Notes: generated by a model from the sequence alone, not told the origin. Shown: positions 36,206 to 51,222, counted from the stretch's first letter. The stretch is DNA of 64,000 bases from Octopus sinensis (GCF_006345805.1 NC_043012.1:29946001-30010000); one strand, 5' to 3'. Made by a program: numbers and translations.

Positions 36206-39200
36206 TATACATATTATATATATATATATATTATATACATATATAAATATACATATATAAATATACATATATATACATATATAAATACATATATATATAA
36301 TATATAAATATAACATATATATATAATATATATATATAACATATATATACATATATAAATATATATATACATATATATACATATATAAATATACATATAT
36401 ATATATATACATATAAATATACATATATATATATATATATACATATATATACATATATAAATATACATATATATATATATATATACATATATATACATAT
36501 ATAAATATACATATATATATATATATATATGTACACATATATATATATATATATACATATAAATAGATGAGTGTATTTTTACCTTGTTAGCAATTAACAC
36601 GGAAAAATAAATAAATAGTTACCAGGGCAGCAAAAATCTCACAAGATGTTGTAACTCCTTGTTTATAAAGGTTGAAACTTCGTGTTTACGTTGAATATTT
36701 TGAATAATATGAATAAAAAATGGAGTTAACGCAGGTTTAAACAAGTATTAAACCTGCGTTAACTCCATTTTTTATTCATGTATATACATATATATACATA
36801 TATATATACATACATATATATACATATATACATATATACATATATATATATATACATATATACATACATATATATATATACATATATAATAGAAATATTA
36901 AAATTACTAAGTCTCTATAAAAGAGATTACGGCAGCGTTTACTGGAAATTAATTGTTATCGCCATATTAATATGGCATTCTTATAGATATAAGAATAATC
37001 GCTGCCGCTGGTCAGCTCCATGAGGCCACCGCCTTAAGATAGCCATTTATACACGATCTGTATCCGTTATAACGACCGAGAGGCCTTTTATCACCAGCAG
37101 GGGTAAGAGCTCCCTGAACTTAGTCGAGGCTATTCTTATTCTAGCAGTTACACTTTCAGCTCACCCACCCCCACTACTGACTTGGTCACCTAGGTAACAG
37201 AAGCTATCAACTATTTCTAGTTTTTTCCCCTGGAAAGTGACAGAAGTTGTTTTCTGCAGATTTTCAGAGTTTATTGCTCCTGAGCATCTGCCACATACAA
37301 AAACTATCTTCCTAGTTAGCCTTCCTTTGACATTGCTGCACCTCTTATGTGTCCATAGCTTACACTGGGTACATCTTATAGAGTTTCTACCTACGCCTTT
37401 TGTACAGATCGAGCAGGGCCATCTACCTGAAGGCACTTGTGGTTTGTCTACCTTCCTACTTATTAGTACTTTGGTTTTAGTAAGGTTGACTCTAAGGCCC
37501 CTCGATTCTAATCTCTCCTTCCACAACTGGAACTTCTCCAGTTCTGATAGTGACTCAGCAATTAGAGCAAGGTCGTCAGCATAGAGGAGCTCCCAGGGGC
37601 AACTTGTCTTGAATTCCTCCGTAATTGCCTGGAGGACTATGATAAATAGGAGGGGGCTGCAGACTGAACCCTGGTGGACCCCAACCTCTACCTTGAATAC
37701 TTCTTTGTACACGTTGCCAACCCTAACCTTACTTACAGCATCCCTTACATGGCTTGCACAGCTCTCACCAGCCATTCATCTATCCCTAGTTTCCTCATTG
37801 ACCACCAGATAAGGGATCGGGGGACCCTGTCAAAGGCTTTCTCCATGTCAACGAAAGCCAGGTACAGGGGCTTATCTTTGGCTAGGTATTTCTCCTGCAG
37901 CTGTCTCACCAGAAATATGGTATCAGTGGTGCTTTTCCCTGGCACGAAACCAAACTGCATCTCGTCCAAGTTGACTCTCTCCCTAATCAGTTGGGCTATG
38001 ACCCTCTCCATAACCTTCATTACCTGATCCAACAGCTTGATACCTCTGTAATTATTTCCTTTACCTTTGTAGCAGTTGACTATTATGCTGCTACACCAGT
38101 CATTGGGTATGACTCCTTCGTGTATCACCTGGTTAACTATACGGGTGACTAGGTTATAGCCGACACTGCCAGATATTTTGAGCATCTCTGCAGTAATTCC
38201 CTGTCTTCATGCTTCTAATTGCCTTAACTACCAAAGAACTGTCAACTCGGATAGCTGGTCCCTCTGTTGGGTTGACATTCGGCAGACTCTCTTTTGCATA
38301 TATATAGATATACATATATATATATGCACATATATAGACATACATATATATATGCATATATATAGACAAACATATATATATGCATATATATAGACAAACA
38401 TATATATATGCATATATATAGACAAACATATATATATGCATATATATAGACAAACATATATATATACATATATATAGACATACATATATATATGCATATA
38501 CATATATATGTATATAGACATACATATATATATGTATATATATAGACATACATATATATATATATATGTATATATATATAGACATACATATATATATATG
38601 TATATATATAGACATACATATATATATATATGTATATATATAGACATACATATATATATATATATAGCATGGAGAGATGCTTAAAGTAAGAGTTTGGCAT
38701 TGTTCTGTAACAAGAAGATGAGAAGTGTAAGATATTCTTGGTTGCCAAATAGAGGGTTAGGGCAAATGAAAATGTTGTTGGGAAAAAATGTGAATTGAAT
38801 GGTAGTGTGATACATAAAGCATACTAGGCAGAAGGAAGAGATGCTTCAGAGACAGTCATCTATGGTGGCAGCCACCTGATGGAGTGAGTAATGAAAGTAA
38901 CAGAATAAACTTAGATGAGCTGTCAGCTGAGAAATATAACAAAAAAAAAAAAGGAAAAATGCCACATGGTTTACTCAATGTAAATGATAGATGCATTGGA
39001 ATGAATGAGAACAAAAAGCTGAATATTACTCCCTGTTTTAAAAACATGTGGTGCAATAGAATTTTCTCCTCTCTTTTTTATTTTAGAATATGAAGGTGAT
39101 CTAAGTAGGAGTAGAGGTGCATATTGTGAAAGTATAATGGTGGGAGTAAGGACAGGGTAGAGAAAGTCTAGAGAGGTGTTACTCCGACTGGCAACAAATT

Positions 39201-42200
39201 CTTCTTCTAAGTGAAACAAAGAACAGTACAATGCTTGCTCACAAAGTGCAACATTGCGAAGTAGCAAAACATGAGTATTAAAGTCTTCTGTCCAAAAACA
39301 CAATGAAAAACCTTGAGAGTGTTCGAACTCACAACCTACAGGTAGTCAGTTCAACACTTTACCCACTCAGGGAAGTCACATCTATTTGCAACAGGCAGGA
39401 AGATAAGCTTGCGACAGAGTTGTCTCCCATGGACTAAACCACGGAAAACGAGTCCAATAGTAAATAATCTTGGTTGTATGACACACAGACACTCTTAAAA
39501 GATTCCCTTTTATCTTCAGAATATGGAAAATCAACCATTCCAACCATTTTCAAATCTGGGTCAAATTTTACTAAAATTGTTTCATGTTTGCTGTCAATTG
39601 AAAATCAATTTTTGATAAAAAAAACCAAAGACTTTAGTCAGTTTAGAATGTTATTTGTCCACTTACAATCAATTTGAAGCAAAAGTTTAATTCATATGTC
39701 CTTGTTTATACTTGCATCAGACATGTTCAGAAGAGTTCCACATTTAAAGACCAAAAATAACATTACCACTACCACAGGGTCAGACGATGAATGTGGAAAC
39801 TCTCAACGCCCACCAAAGGTGCTGGGAGTTGACCAACAGAGAAAAGTGTGGGGGTTTGAGAGTAAGAAGACAGGTTTTTAAAAATAAAGAGCTTCCAATA
39901 ACATTGTTAGAAACATCTTCACACAATAGAAATACCTCTGCCAACAGATTCTGAGGAAGGTGGCACAGAGGAAGCAAGCATCTTTTAACCAGAGGTTTTT
40001 AAGAGGTCAACATACAACTTTCCATTTTTCTGAAGGAAGTTTCTCTGGTTAAGAACCCCAGTCTTTCACAAGTAATATACTGTTCGGCCCGCCCCGCTAT
40101 ATCTGGCTGATTTAGATCCAAAGTGATGTGGAACCCCTGAAATGAGTGATATTAGGTATTATAACAACCAACAGCAAAATAGAAATGAGTGTCAGGCGCA
40201 TGAATCCCAAATCTACCACTCACAGGCTAATAACCTGACTCCCTGCACAGTAGAAGGTCCATCAACCCTGTCAAATTAGAAATTTTTTTTTTGCTACTAT
40301 TTAGTAATGATATAATTAAATATAATGAGTTTATAGTATACAGTGCTCAAGGAACGGACAGAAGCCAACATCTGAGTCAAAGAAGACATCAATGAAAGCT
40401 AGAAGGAGACATGCACAGTAGACAGAATAAAACACAGAAAAGCTAACATTGAAAGAGTTGTAAGGAATAAGGGTGCAGAAGCACTTCAAGGGTTGTATTG
40501 GTGAATTTCAAGAAGCTTGGAATTTTTGAAGGATGCAGCGTTCGAATAGATGGGTGGGTGGGTGGGTAGTTTATCACATTCTTCAATAATACTGAATGTA
40601 AAAAAAAAAGTGTATTCAAAAGTCTTATAAGCATGTCTGAGTGTGATAGAGATATCGAATTCAAAATGTAGGCAAAAGTTGTTGGGAAAATGGTAGATAA
40701 TTTTGTGGTGTTCTACCAATTCTGTCACTAGACATTGAAACATTACTGTGTCGAGGCCCAGAGAAGCATTCAAGACATGGGAAGTGACTGACCAAAGGGT
40801 ATTACTCTCTGCACAAGAATATTTTACTGTCACTTAGCACTAGCAGAAGAGGTGATTCCCGCATTGTGTAAAAGAGCAAAATGTCTCATCTCAGGTCTCA
40901 AATTATGAATCCACCATTGAGATTTTGAAGTAAAAGATATTATGTGAAAGTAAAAACTGGATGCCTGTCATCTTTGAAGATGGAATGGCAAGTGGTCCGT
41001 AGTGAAATTGGTCACAACAAACTTATAGATGGGGGGTGGAGTCAGAAAGTGAACTTTGTCCCCCACCCCCACTGCTCTTTCTGTGCTAATATTAAAATCT
41101 CATCCTTGAAATAGAAGCTAAATCTCCCTTAAGTCACACCATTGCCATCATAACAAAAAAAAAAAAAAAGAAAAACAAAAGCCCCAGATGTACTATGCCA
41201 TAAAATAAAATGGGACACCATGGCTGGGACATCTTTGAACATTGTTTAGTCGGGGAGCTGACCTGGGGGGGGAGGGGGTTCAGCGTCCCCCAAACCCTAC
41301 AGAATCAACCTTGTCTTGAGAATGAAAGATGATGAAACGGGAATGAAGCTACAAGTAAACAACTTACCAATATTGTGAACTTCTCTGTCTGTAATTCTTC
41401 TTGCAGGAATTTGTCGTTAATGTCGAGATAGAGCAAGTCTTCACCTTCTCTAGTTAACTACAGGAAACGGGTTCAAATGAGAGAGAGAGAGAGAGAGAGA
41501 AATGAAACATTGAACACTACAGCAAATACCTGCATGCATTCCATAGACACAGCATTGTGTGTGTGAGTGTATGTGCATATCATCATCATCATCAAAGTAT
41601 CCACTTCTCCATGCTTGCAAGGATCAGACACCAATTACTGAAGCAGATTTTGTGTGTGTGTGTGTGTATGAGAGGGACTCCATCTGTTATGATGATGAGT
41701 GTCCCAACTGATCCGGTAAACAGAACCGCATGCACATGAAATTACCATGCAAGTGGCTGAGTACTCCACAGACATGCATAACCTTAATATAGTTCTCAGG
41801 GAGATTCAGCATAAGACAGAATGCAACAAGGCTGGCCCCTTTGAAATGCAAGTGCAACCCATTTTTGCCAGCTGAGTGGACTGGTGTAATGTGAAATAAA
41901 GTGTCTTGCTCAAGGACACAATGTGTCACCAGGAACTGAACTCATGACCTTGCGCTCATCTAACCACTAAACCACACACACACAAATGTAGATATAGATA
42001 TAGATATATCATTATAATTAAGGGTATGGAGAAACAGTGCCTACATGCTAGAAATAGATGTCAAATGACTCTAAAAACCACTTCAAATTACAATCCATTA
42101 GCACAATATGGACCAAATGAACAAAAGAGATTTAGTAAGAATATTTTTTCAAGGTTAATTCTAGGTTGTCCGATTTCTGGTTTAGTAATACAATTACTAA

Positions 42201-44958
42201 TGGAGGGTCATTTAGAGTCATTTGATGTCTATCTCCAGGGGCTGTTTCTTTGTACCCTTAATTATATCTATATCTATATATTAATTTTTACCTGTATGGT
42301 TTTTATCACATGCTGATAAGATTATTGTTTTTATCCTTAATTATGTACGTGTATATATATATAAAATAAACATACACACAGAGGAAGAGCTATGAATTAA
42401 AGAACCAGACGAAGAAAGTTCAGAGAGCTTTTATCCATGTTGGCAAGAAAAGGCCCTGCTCTCAGGGTGAAAAGCAGATTGTATGATGCTTGTGCACAAA
42501 CTGCAATGCTACATGGTGGTGAAACATGGGTTGTAAATGCAAAAGACATGTGATGGTAAGACATTGAAGCTAGCAGGCTCCAGTTGATGTGCCATGTCAG
42601 TGTGTGTGTGTGTACAGCAAAATGAAAATGTGTTAAGAGGAAAATTGGGTATAAGAGGTATCAGATGTAGTTTGTGCAAGAGGGGGAAATATACTGGTAT
42701 GGGCATGTGATGTGATGAGGAGAGCTGCATACAGAAGTGCTGACCTCTGAATGTGGAAGGGACCAGTAGAAGAGAGAGGTCCCGGAAAATAAACTGGTGA
42801 AGAATGATGTCTGGATGTTGAGTCTCATGGAGGAGATGACAAAGGACTGAAATGATTGGCGATATGTGATACTTGAGAAAACCCATCCCCGCTAAATAAA
42901 AATTAGATCCTAAAGGCACGTCACCTAAGTCTATGCCCCTGCACCTGAAGAACCCCCTACCTACAACCCATCTCCTCAACACCCTCCCCTCCATCCCTCT
43001 CATAACTCACTCAGCTGCTGTAATTATGAGATGGGATTGCATATACTTCATTCCCCTACCACTTACCCTCCCAGGAACCACTTCCTGTTCCTCATACATC
43101 CTCAGTATCATCCCTCACCTCCCCTTCTATTATTACAACCCCTCATTTTCCCTCAGCAGCAGCCCCCACCCCCATTACCTCTGTTTATCTCCCATCATTT
43201 CCACCTTCATGTACCTCCAACTTCACCCCTAGCACTGTGCATCTCTTTCACAAACACCTACCCCCACCCATTTCACACCAATGCTGCCCCCTCTTACCTC
43301 TTCCCTAATCCACTCCTACTTCAACAGATATTCATGATTGACCAAACCCTCACTCATGTCCGCCCCCTCACTGCATCCCCCCTCTATCCACCTGCCATTC
43401 CCTTATATTCATGTTCCTGTAATTCGAGGGCATGCCCTGATACACCTTCAGCAGCATCCTCTTTCTCTTCCAACTGGGCGTGGCCATGTTTGTCCCCCAA
43501 AGTAAGACACCTACACCTGTCCCCCAATCATTCTTCGCCTCTCTTCACCCGGAATAAGGTCACCTCTTGTAAAATGGACCAAGCACATTACACACGGCGT
43601 GACACTGATTCTACCTGAGAAATACATAAAGGGGAGGTTACCTACACTTCTGTGGAATACTCAGTCATTTCCATACTAATTCGGTTCTCACACAAGTATT
43701 CATTTGTAAAAACTTAGAGATCCATTCACTTTTAGATGTGCCAAATCCTATTATAATCCATAGGTGCAGGCATGGCTGTGTAGTAAGCAGTTTGCTTCCC
43801 AACCACATGGTTCTGGGTTCAGTCCCATGATGTTTTCTACTATAGCCCCCAAGTCGACCAAGGCCGTGTGTGTATGCGCGTGTGTTACTGTTTCCTTACT
43901 TTAAATTCACATGATAGTTGTAAGTGGGTGTCGCTGTCATTTAAGCAGTATTCTTCGTTTCCAATGTTTAGTGAAAACATCAGGTCACAGGGGAATGCTA
44001 CCTCACCGGGAAATAAGTGAGGGTTGGTGACAGGAAGAGCATCCAGCTGCAGAAAAAAAATCTACTTCAACATAATTCTATCTACTCCAAGCAAACACAA
44101 TTATGATGATGATAACATGTAGCTATGCTTGGGTGACATCACCTGACCAAATTCTTTGTGCACCAAAGACCTTTTTCTTGCAATATGGCAGCAGTTTGAC
44201 ACAAGGCACTGTTTAAAATTGTGATTTGTCATTACTTTCAGTTCTTTGATAAGTACAAGGATCAGTCCAGGAAGGTTTGACTGTAAATGAAACATCAGCA
44301 GTGTGTGTGTGTGTGTGTGTGTGAGTATACACACCTTCACCACACAATGTTTCTAATACAATAAGCATGTTGAAGATTTTTGTCAGCTTTGTTTGGTGTT
44401 TTTCTTTTATAAAAAGCAACACACACACAAATTTTATTAACCACAAAGCCACAGTGACTCAAACACTTTAAATTCATGTGAATGTGCTCATGAAATGATC
44501 TGAGAAGTGCATTGGCATAAAACACTCAACCGAGTGGGGTTCACAACTAATAAGTGTGTGTGTGTACTGACTTCTATTTTGTATGTAAAACCAAACATAC
44601 AATCACAAACCATAAGAAAACCATATTTATATGAAAACCCATTCACATTATATGCTGTAACACCGCAACAATAAGGAAACCAGTGTGTAAGGTGGTGATT
44701 GCATATGTGAGTGTGTGTGTGCATTGATATATCAGTTCTCAGTCAAACTGTCCAACCTACGCCAGCATGGAAAGCAAATGTTAAATGACAACGATGATGA
44801 TGATATCTATATATATATATATACATATACATACACACAGGAAATATCCATTTTTAAGAGGCATCATCCTTGATAGACACCAATGTCGTAGACATATGAC
44901 TAATATTACAGCCATGAAGATTCTTTCTGTTCCCAGGATTAACACAGAATTAGATTAT

Positions 44959-45002
<44 letters not shown>

Positions 45003-46306
45003 CAACATCACCACCTGGGGATAATCCTGGGATAAAATAAACAGGTGACTAATATTGGCAAAATTCCTTTACAACAGAGTTTGGAAATTGAGTGTGTGTG
45101 AACCCTGGTTTCAATACCATATAATAGTTGTAAATGACTTGTCCTTATCATACAAGCAATGTTCTTTGTTTACTGTCTTCTATAAAAATCTTGTCTGGCC
45201 CAAGGAGATATTTTGGTAGTAGAAGAAATGAAGAACAGAAAATGTTTTTACACCTAACAACAATTATCAGAATTTTCTGGTGGGGATAATTAATTAACAG
45301 GCTGGCCAAGTGTCAGGTGACATGTTCAAATGCATTCAATTCATGTTGGAACATGGCTGGTGATAGGACGACTGGCCAACAATGAAAACCATGCAAAGGA
45401 TGCTACTAAAACCATACCAGCAGGGAAAAAACTGATGTAAGAATCATGATGATGATGATGATGGTAGTTATGTTGAGAATGATGGTGATGACGATGATGA
45501 TGATGATGGAGATAGCAATGGCAATTGATTTATTTACCTGCAAGGAATAAGAACTCCAGATACCCCAGCTAATAATCATAAAGGACCTAGGTAGAAGATG
45601 GGAACTTGGGGTTTAGCCAATTAAATCAACCCCAACACTTCACTATTTTCTTTTCTACTCTAGGCACAAGGCCCGAAATTTTGGGGGAGAGGGCCAATCG
45701 ATTAGATCGACCCCAGTATGCAATTGGTACTTAATTTATCAACCCCGAAAATATGAAAGGCAAAATCGGCCTCAGCAGAATTTGAATTCAGAACATAAAG
45801 ACAGACGAAATACCACTAAGCATTTTGCCCGGCATGCTAACATTTCTGCCAGCTCGCTGCCTTACACTTCACCATTTTCTTGTATCAACCCTGCAAGGAT
45901 GACTTCTTACTCAGAACGTAAAGAGCAGCAGTAATACTGCAAGATACGTTTACCAACATTCTAATGATTAGACAAGTCTACTCGGTTGAGCTTCCACAGA
46001 ATTTTGACTTATTTGTTGTATACTGTCACTCTTAATTATCTCCCATAGTTTTTTATCATCAAAAACCATTTCTGCTGATGTTCTGAATGCATTCCTGACA
46101 AGAGGCATCAACTTGGTCGGCATTAAAGATTCTGACCAACGTAAAAGCCAGGATTATTTTAGTTGCTGAACAGATTATATACACCATTACCATTCTCTCT
46201 CTCTGATTTATTTTCTTGCTTTCGCCCACACAATGAAATTTGATAGATTACACTGTACAGAGGAGACCACTTGCATTTGTAATCAGCCTCACCACTCACT
46301 CTCTCT

Positions 46307-46348
<42 letters not shown>

Positions 46349-47648
46349 CGTGCATGCATACGTACATGTATGTATAAATATGCATTAACTCTGAAATTGC
46401 TGTGCTGCTTTTCTATGTAAACCTGTTCGAAACTACAGATTTTGATGTAAATGCACTGAACCCAGTGTAGAAACCATTCCAACATCCACTTTTCTATGTC
46501 TGTATAGGAGTCAGACGAAAATTATTGAGGGAGAATTTGTTTTCCATGGCTGAATGTCCCTGCTGTTGCCAACCCTCACCTGTCTCCAAGCAAGATGATC
46601 CCTCCCACCCTCATGGGCCTAACAGGTTTTCAAAGAAAACTGGGAACCATTGACACTACTTGTAATGGTGGTATTTTACAATCAAACAATTTCAAGACAA
46701 GGAGACAAGCAAACAAGCACACACACACACAATGATGAAGATTTCTTCATCTTGTCAGATAACATCTGTCTCACACTGGATTGACAAAAGCCTGCACAGC
46801 ATTTTTGGTCACTTTCTCAGTCACCGTAGCAGGTTCCAGTGGCAAGCATTGCCAAAATGACTGCTACTATTTTGAATGCAAGTTTTATGTCAAAGTATTT
46901 TTCTCCTAGAAGAGCAGACTTTCCCATGGCTTTGTCAAAAAACACAGGAACCTCTTCTACCCCTGGGAAATTCATTTAGCTCATAGATGGGACGCTGACA
47001 AGTACTACCATTCTGGGCCAGATTGAAGCTGGGAGTAGCTCTCATTCTTTAATTAAATTATCTTCTCCAACTCTAACCTTTAATTAAATCATTAATTATA
47101 TCAAAAATTCTAACTCTGCTTCAGGTATTACCATGGTACTATACTTGAAAATCAAAACAAGAAAAAAATCTGAAGAAATTCATTGAATAAACAACTAGAA
47201 TTGCACTTTGGGTAAGCAGGAAGTCTTTTGACAGACAATTCTAAAATTAGGTTAAACTTTCTTGCAAAGAGTACTCAGATCTGGTTTTTCACACATACAC
47301 AGGCCCCACCCAAGTAACAACACCTGAAATTACTTCTCGTCGTTTAGCCACAACTTGACCAATGCCTTATGTGTGAAATATAATGGATGGAATCTGCATA
47401 TATGCTACAATCACACACACAAATGTACAGTTCTCCAAACTTTTATCAAAATACAATATTCCCCCCACCCCACCCCATGATATCACAGGATCACTGGACA
47501 CCAATTAAGTTTCAACACTGATCTTTTAGCTCACACAAACTTTAGATTTTAATTAAAAACTAAAAAAAATTAAAACTTCAATTGTCCATGCTTATATATA
47601 TATATATGTATGTATGTATATATATGTATGTATGTATATATATGTATG

Positions 47649-47679
<31 letters not shown>

Positions 47680-50494
47680 CATCATCATCGTTTAACGTCC
47701 GCTTTCCATGCTAGCATGGGTTGGACGGTTCAACTGGGGTCTGGGAAGCCCGAAGGCTGCACCAGGCCAGTCAGATCTGGCAGTGTTTCTACAGCTGGAT
47801 GCCCTTCCTAACGCCAACCACTCCGACATGTCGATGTCTTATTATCAAGTGACAATGTTTCACGTGGTGAGTTAAGACCCACACGCTTGACTGAACGTGT
47901 TTGTAGAGAAATGACAACATGATTAAGTGTATAACCTTTTGTATGTTTCCCCACTACATCCGTGTATTAGTGTCACATGACAGTATATTTTGCGCCTAAA
48001 AAGAAGGCCAAAACAGTTGAGTGAACAGGTTTAGTTACAATCAAAGCACTCCAAATTTAATCTCTAGTCCAATGGCTAAAGTTTAGGTTGTTAGTTGTGT
48101 AGCTTCCTCATGATAAGTGGCAGAATGAATTTTATGTATGAATAGTTTTTTGTGTATGTTCTCTGTTAAAGTTTGTTAAGTCTTGGTTTGTACTTTTGTA
48201 TGAAAGTATTTTCTTTGTTCATCCGTGCTTCAGCTGTGGAATTCACTGAACATAGATAGAGTGGGAAGACCTGCAATATGGGAAACTTAATTTTTGCACA
48301 TATGTCTATGTGTCCACTCAGTGGAATCTGTCTAGTACTGGCGTCTTGTATTTGTTGTCAGTGAATGGTCAGGCTACTTCTTAGAGTAAGCTTTGTTTGA
48401 CCTATGTAATCTTCATTACATCCTTTACATTTGATAGCGGGTATTAAATTCAATGAATGTGTTCGTTCTCTACAAACACTTGACAGAAAACATTCAGAGC
48501 AATTGACTGTTTGGACACGTTCAGTCAACTGTGTCAGCCTTAACTTATGATGTCAAACATTGTCACTTGAAACTAACACACACATATAGCGGGGAACCTA
48601 CAAAAATTTCTAAGACCAGTCATGTGACTATCTTCTATAAATCAAATCCTATTCGAAACATATACTAATTTGAGCCATGAACTCCCTATGAAAATAGGGC
48701 AAGCTTCAAACACAAGTCAGAAGAAAGGCAGTTGTGACATAAGCCATGTCTTTCTATTTGAACTTTTTGAAAGTTGAGTGTAAACTGTGAAACCGGTTTT
48801 TAAAGCTTCAAATATTTTAACTATTCTCAGTGCATTTTCTAATTCTATTTTTTCTATAAATATAAAGAAGTTAACACCTACTGTCAAGCAGCAGTGGGAG
48901 AATAAACACAATGATACACATATACACACATACATATATCTATGAGGCAACTGTCATTTAAAAAGCACCTGTTGAGTGTTGGGCCTCACGGAGGCAATGT
49001 GGATGATGCCGGTGTTGCCTAGCTGACTCTTGTGCCAGTGACACATAAAAAGCACCTTTTGAGCGTTGGGCCTCATGGAGGCAATGACAAATGACTGAGG
49101 CCTTTGGCAATATGCTGTGCTTGAGTAGAAGACCCATCAAACCCAAGTGAGATTGTAGTCATGGCAGATACTGGTGTCACGCAACTGGTACCCGTGCCAG
49201 TGACACATGAAAGCACTTATACTTTCAGAGTGGTTGGCATTAGAAAGGTCATCCAGCTGTAGAAAAACCATGCCAAATCAGACTGGAGTCTGGTGCAGCC
49301 TTTCCACCTTGCCAGCTTTGGTCACACCATCCAAACCATGCCAGCATGGACAACAGACATTAATGATGATGATGATGAATTAAACAAAAAACGAATAATA
49401 AAATTGACAAGAAGACATGCACAAGGAATGTATTAGCTTGATGCTTGGTGAAATAAGAGTTTCATGTTTCAAGTATGGCTCTTCATCAGAAAGAAGAAAG
49501 GTAAAAGTCCAAAAAAGGAAAAGAAATTGCAAACAGCATGTGCGTGGTTACATTGCTGAAGTGACCAGAAGTAATATATACATATATTATATACACAATA
49601 TATAGGCGCAATGGTCCAGTGGTTAGGGCAGCAGACTCGCGGTCGTAGGATCGCGGTTTCGATTCCCAGACCGGACTTTGTGAGTGTTTATTGAGCAAAA
49701 ACACCTAAAAGCTCCACGAGGCTCCGGCAGGGGGTGGTGATCCCTGCTGTACTCTTCCACCACTCTTTCTCCTGTTGGCCTGCTCGCTTAGCCAGCAGGG
49801 TGGCGTCATTCGAAGGCTAAAAACAATGCGAACGCATTGTGACCAGTGATATGTAACAACATCTGATGGTCTGGTCGGTCACGTGATCACGGTGATATAC
49901 ACAATATATATACATATATACACAACAGATTTCTTTCAGATTTTGTCTACCAAGTCCACTCACAAGGTTTTGGTCAGTCTGGAGCCATACTAGAAGACAT
50001 TTGCTGCGCAAAGGGGATGAACCTGGAACCATATGCTTCACAAGCAAACATCTTACCATACAATCATGTCACACATCTATCTATATACATACATATATTT
50101 ACATGTACACACACACACATTATCATCATTTAACATCCTTTTTCCATGCTAACATGGGTTGGACAATTTGACAGAACTGGTAAGCTGAAGAGCTGCACCA
50201 GGTTCCAATCTGAGTTGACATGGTTTCTACGACTGGATGCCCTTCCTAACACCAACGACTCCAAGAGTTTAGTGGGTGCTTTTTACTTGCCACCGGCACA
50301 GGTGCCAATTCCATAACACCAGCATCGGCCATGACTAAAATCTCATTTGGCTCGACAGGTCTTCTCAAGCACGGTATATTGGCAAAGGTCTCAGTCACTG
50401 CCTCTTTGAGGCTCAACATTCGAATGGTGCCTTTTTATGTGCCACTTACACTGGCATCAACCATGACTACAATTTCACTTGGCTTCACAGGTTT

Positions 50495-50537
<43 letters not shown>

Positions 50538-50552
50538 TATATATACACACAC

Positions 50553-50583
<31 letters not shown>

Positions 50584-51190
50584 TATATATATATACACAC
50601 ACATATATATACACACACACACATATATACACACACATATATATATACACATATATATACACACATATATATACACACATATATACACATACATATATAT
50701 ATATACACATATATATATATACACATATATATATATACACACATATATATACACACACATATATACACACACATATATATATATACACATATATATACAC
50801 ACACACACATATATACACACACATATATATACACACACACACACACATATATATATATACACACACATACACATATAGACATGAAGGCATGTAGCTTAGT
50901 GGTTAGGGTATCCAGCTCATGAGTACAATTCTGGCAACACATTGTGTCCTTGAGCAAGATACTTCATTTCACGTTGCTCCAGTCTCCACACAGCTGGCAA
51001 AACTGAGTTGTACCTGTAATTCCAAAGGGGCCAGCCTTGTCACACTCTGTGTCATGCTGAATCTTCCTGAGAACTGCATGAAGGGTACATGTGTCTGTGG
51101 AGTGCTCGGCCACTTGGCATGGTAATCTGACAAGCAAGCTGTTCCATTGATCAGATCAACTGGAACCCCCGTCATCATAAGCAACGAAAT

Positions 51191-51222
<32 letters not shown>

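Noticed and set aside
35720-36600. Long YIYI/VCVC ORFs (also 30279-30763, 38154-38748, 50331-50957, 6181-6450)
   Set aside because: Translations of (TA)n/(CA)n microsatellites, not genes
42509-43618. Pro/His-rich and Gly-rich ORFs
   Set aside because: Derived from a decayed RTE end and its C-rich 3' UTR
49605-49680. tRNA-like sequence
   Set aside because: The acceptor stem does not close, and it continues into a SINE body with a 16-bp TSD
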